Source of the DNA: Candidatus Kapaibacterium sp.
Lineage (GTDB): Bacteria > Bacteroidota > Ignavibacteria > Kapaibacteriales > UBA2268
Length of the DNA stretch: 64,000 bases
Assembly (NCBI GenBank): GCA_963664875.1
Contig: OY761611.1
Coordinates: 2,432,001 to 2,496,000 of the forward strand
Reading direction: 5' to 3'
The notes under the pieces were generated by a model. That model was not told the origin of the DNA and ran no database searches. It saw only the letters and a list, made by a program, of their open reading frames with translations. Positions within the stretch are counted from its first letter, which is position 1; the number at the start of each line of letters is the position of its first letter. This document shows positions 63,758 to 64,000 of this stretch, one piece after another. The position numbers and the translations under genes are program-made.

Positions 63758-64000
63758 TTACTCCGATGGCTCTATAGATACCATTATAGTTTCAAATTTG
63801 AGCATATTAGAGCTGTAAAGCTGATTGATTTTGTCAAGTAATACTTGGGTAATCCGAGTGTCAGGTCTGCAGATGACCATCCCTTCTTTAGTTGATAGGG
63901 TTTGGTTCACCATCATTCCTTCTCTTAGCTCTTCTATATGGATCTCTTTTTCAATTACTTTATTTGAGTTATCGGCAAATGAAGTACCAAAGTTATCAGA
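63758..64000 (-). CDS. 3' end of a gene running off the window; tail resembles the small domain appended to HD-GYP/response-regulator proteins
   Basis: Open frame (my translation, absent from the ORF track): ...EIHIEELREGMMVNQTLSTKEGMVICRPDTRITQVLLDKINQL...PSE*; its stop is 4 bp before the VOC gene start. Confidence 0.6.
   Translation of the reverse strand, partial: SDNFGTSFADNSNKVIEKEIHIEELREGMMVNQTLSTKEGMVICRPDTRITQVLLDKINQLYSSNMLKFETIMVSIEPSE

Overview
Mostly core chromosome of a low-GC FCB-group bacterium. T9SS C-terminal sorting domains, a TAnnTTTG-type promoter, chemoreceptors and an MqnA-like gene suggest a Kapabacteria/Ignavibacteria-like organism (inference only). Housekeeping genes: asd, eno, phhB, cobB-acpS-ispD, coaBC, tnaA, pgi, anmK and a TrmH-family methyltransferase. 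Also present: a PerR-Dps-peroxiredoxin operon with tandem Per-box-like operators, five T9SS cargo genes (three in tandem), a TonB-dependent receptor, a porin plus two poly-HAMP chemoreceptors, alpha-2-macroglobulin, two GT-C-type membrane glycosyltransferases and the 3' end of an IS1380-family element. I saw no rRNA, tRNA, CRISPR, integrase or reverse transcriptase. The strongest unusual signals are at DNA level: (1) a 153-bp duplicate of the enolase 3' end bracketing a 1.3-kb integrase-free insert of decayed genes; (2) a near-identical T9SS sorting-domain cassette shared by otherwise diverged tandem genes; (3) patchwork gene conversion between the two chemoreceptors; (4) a mirror-symmetric codon/GC gradient centred near 51.2 kb on a rhuM remnant. 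I cannot establish a new multi-gene system from sequence alone.
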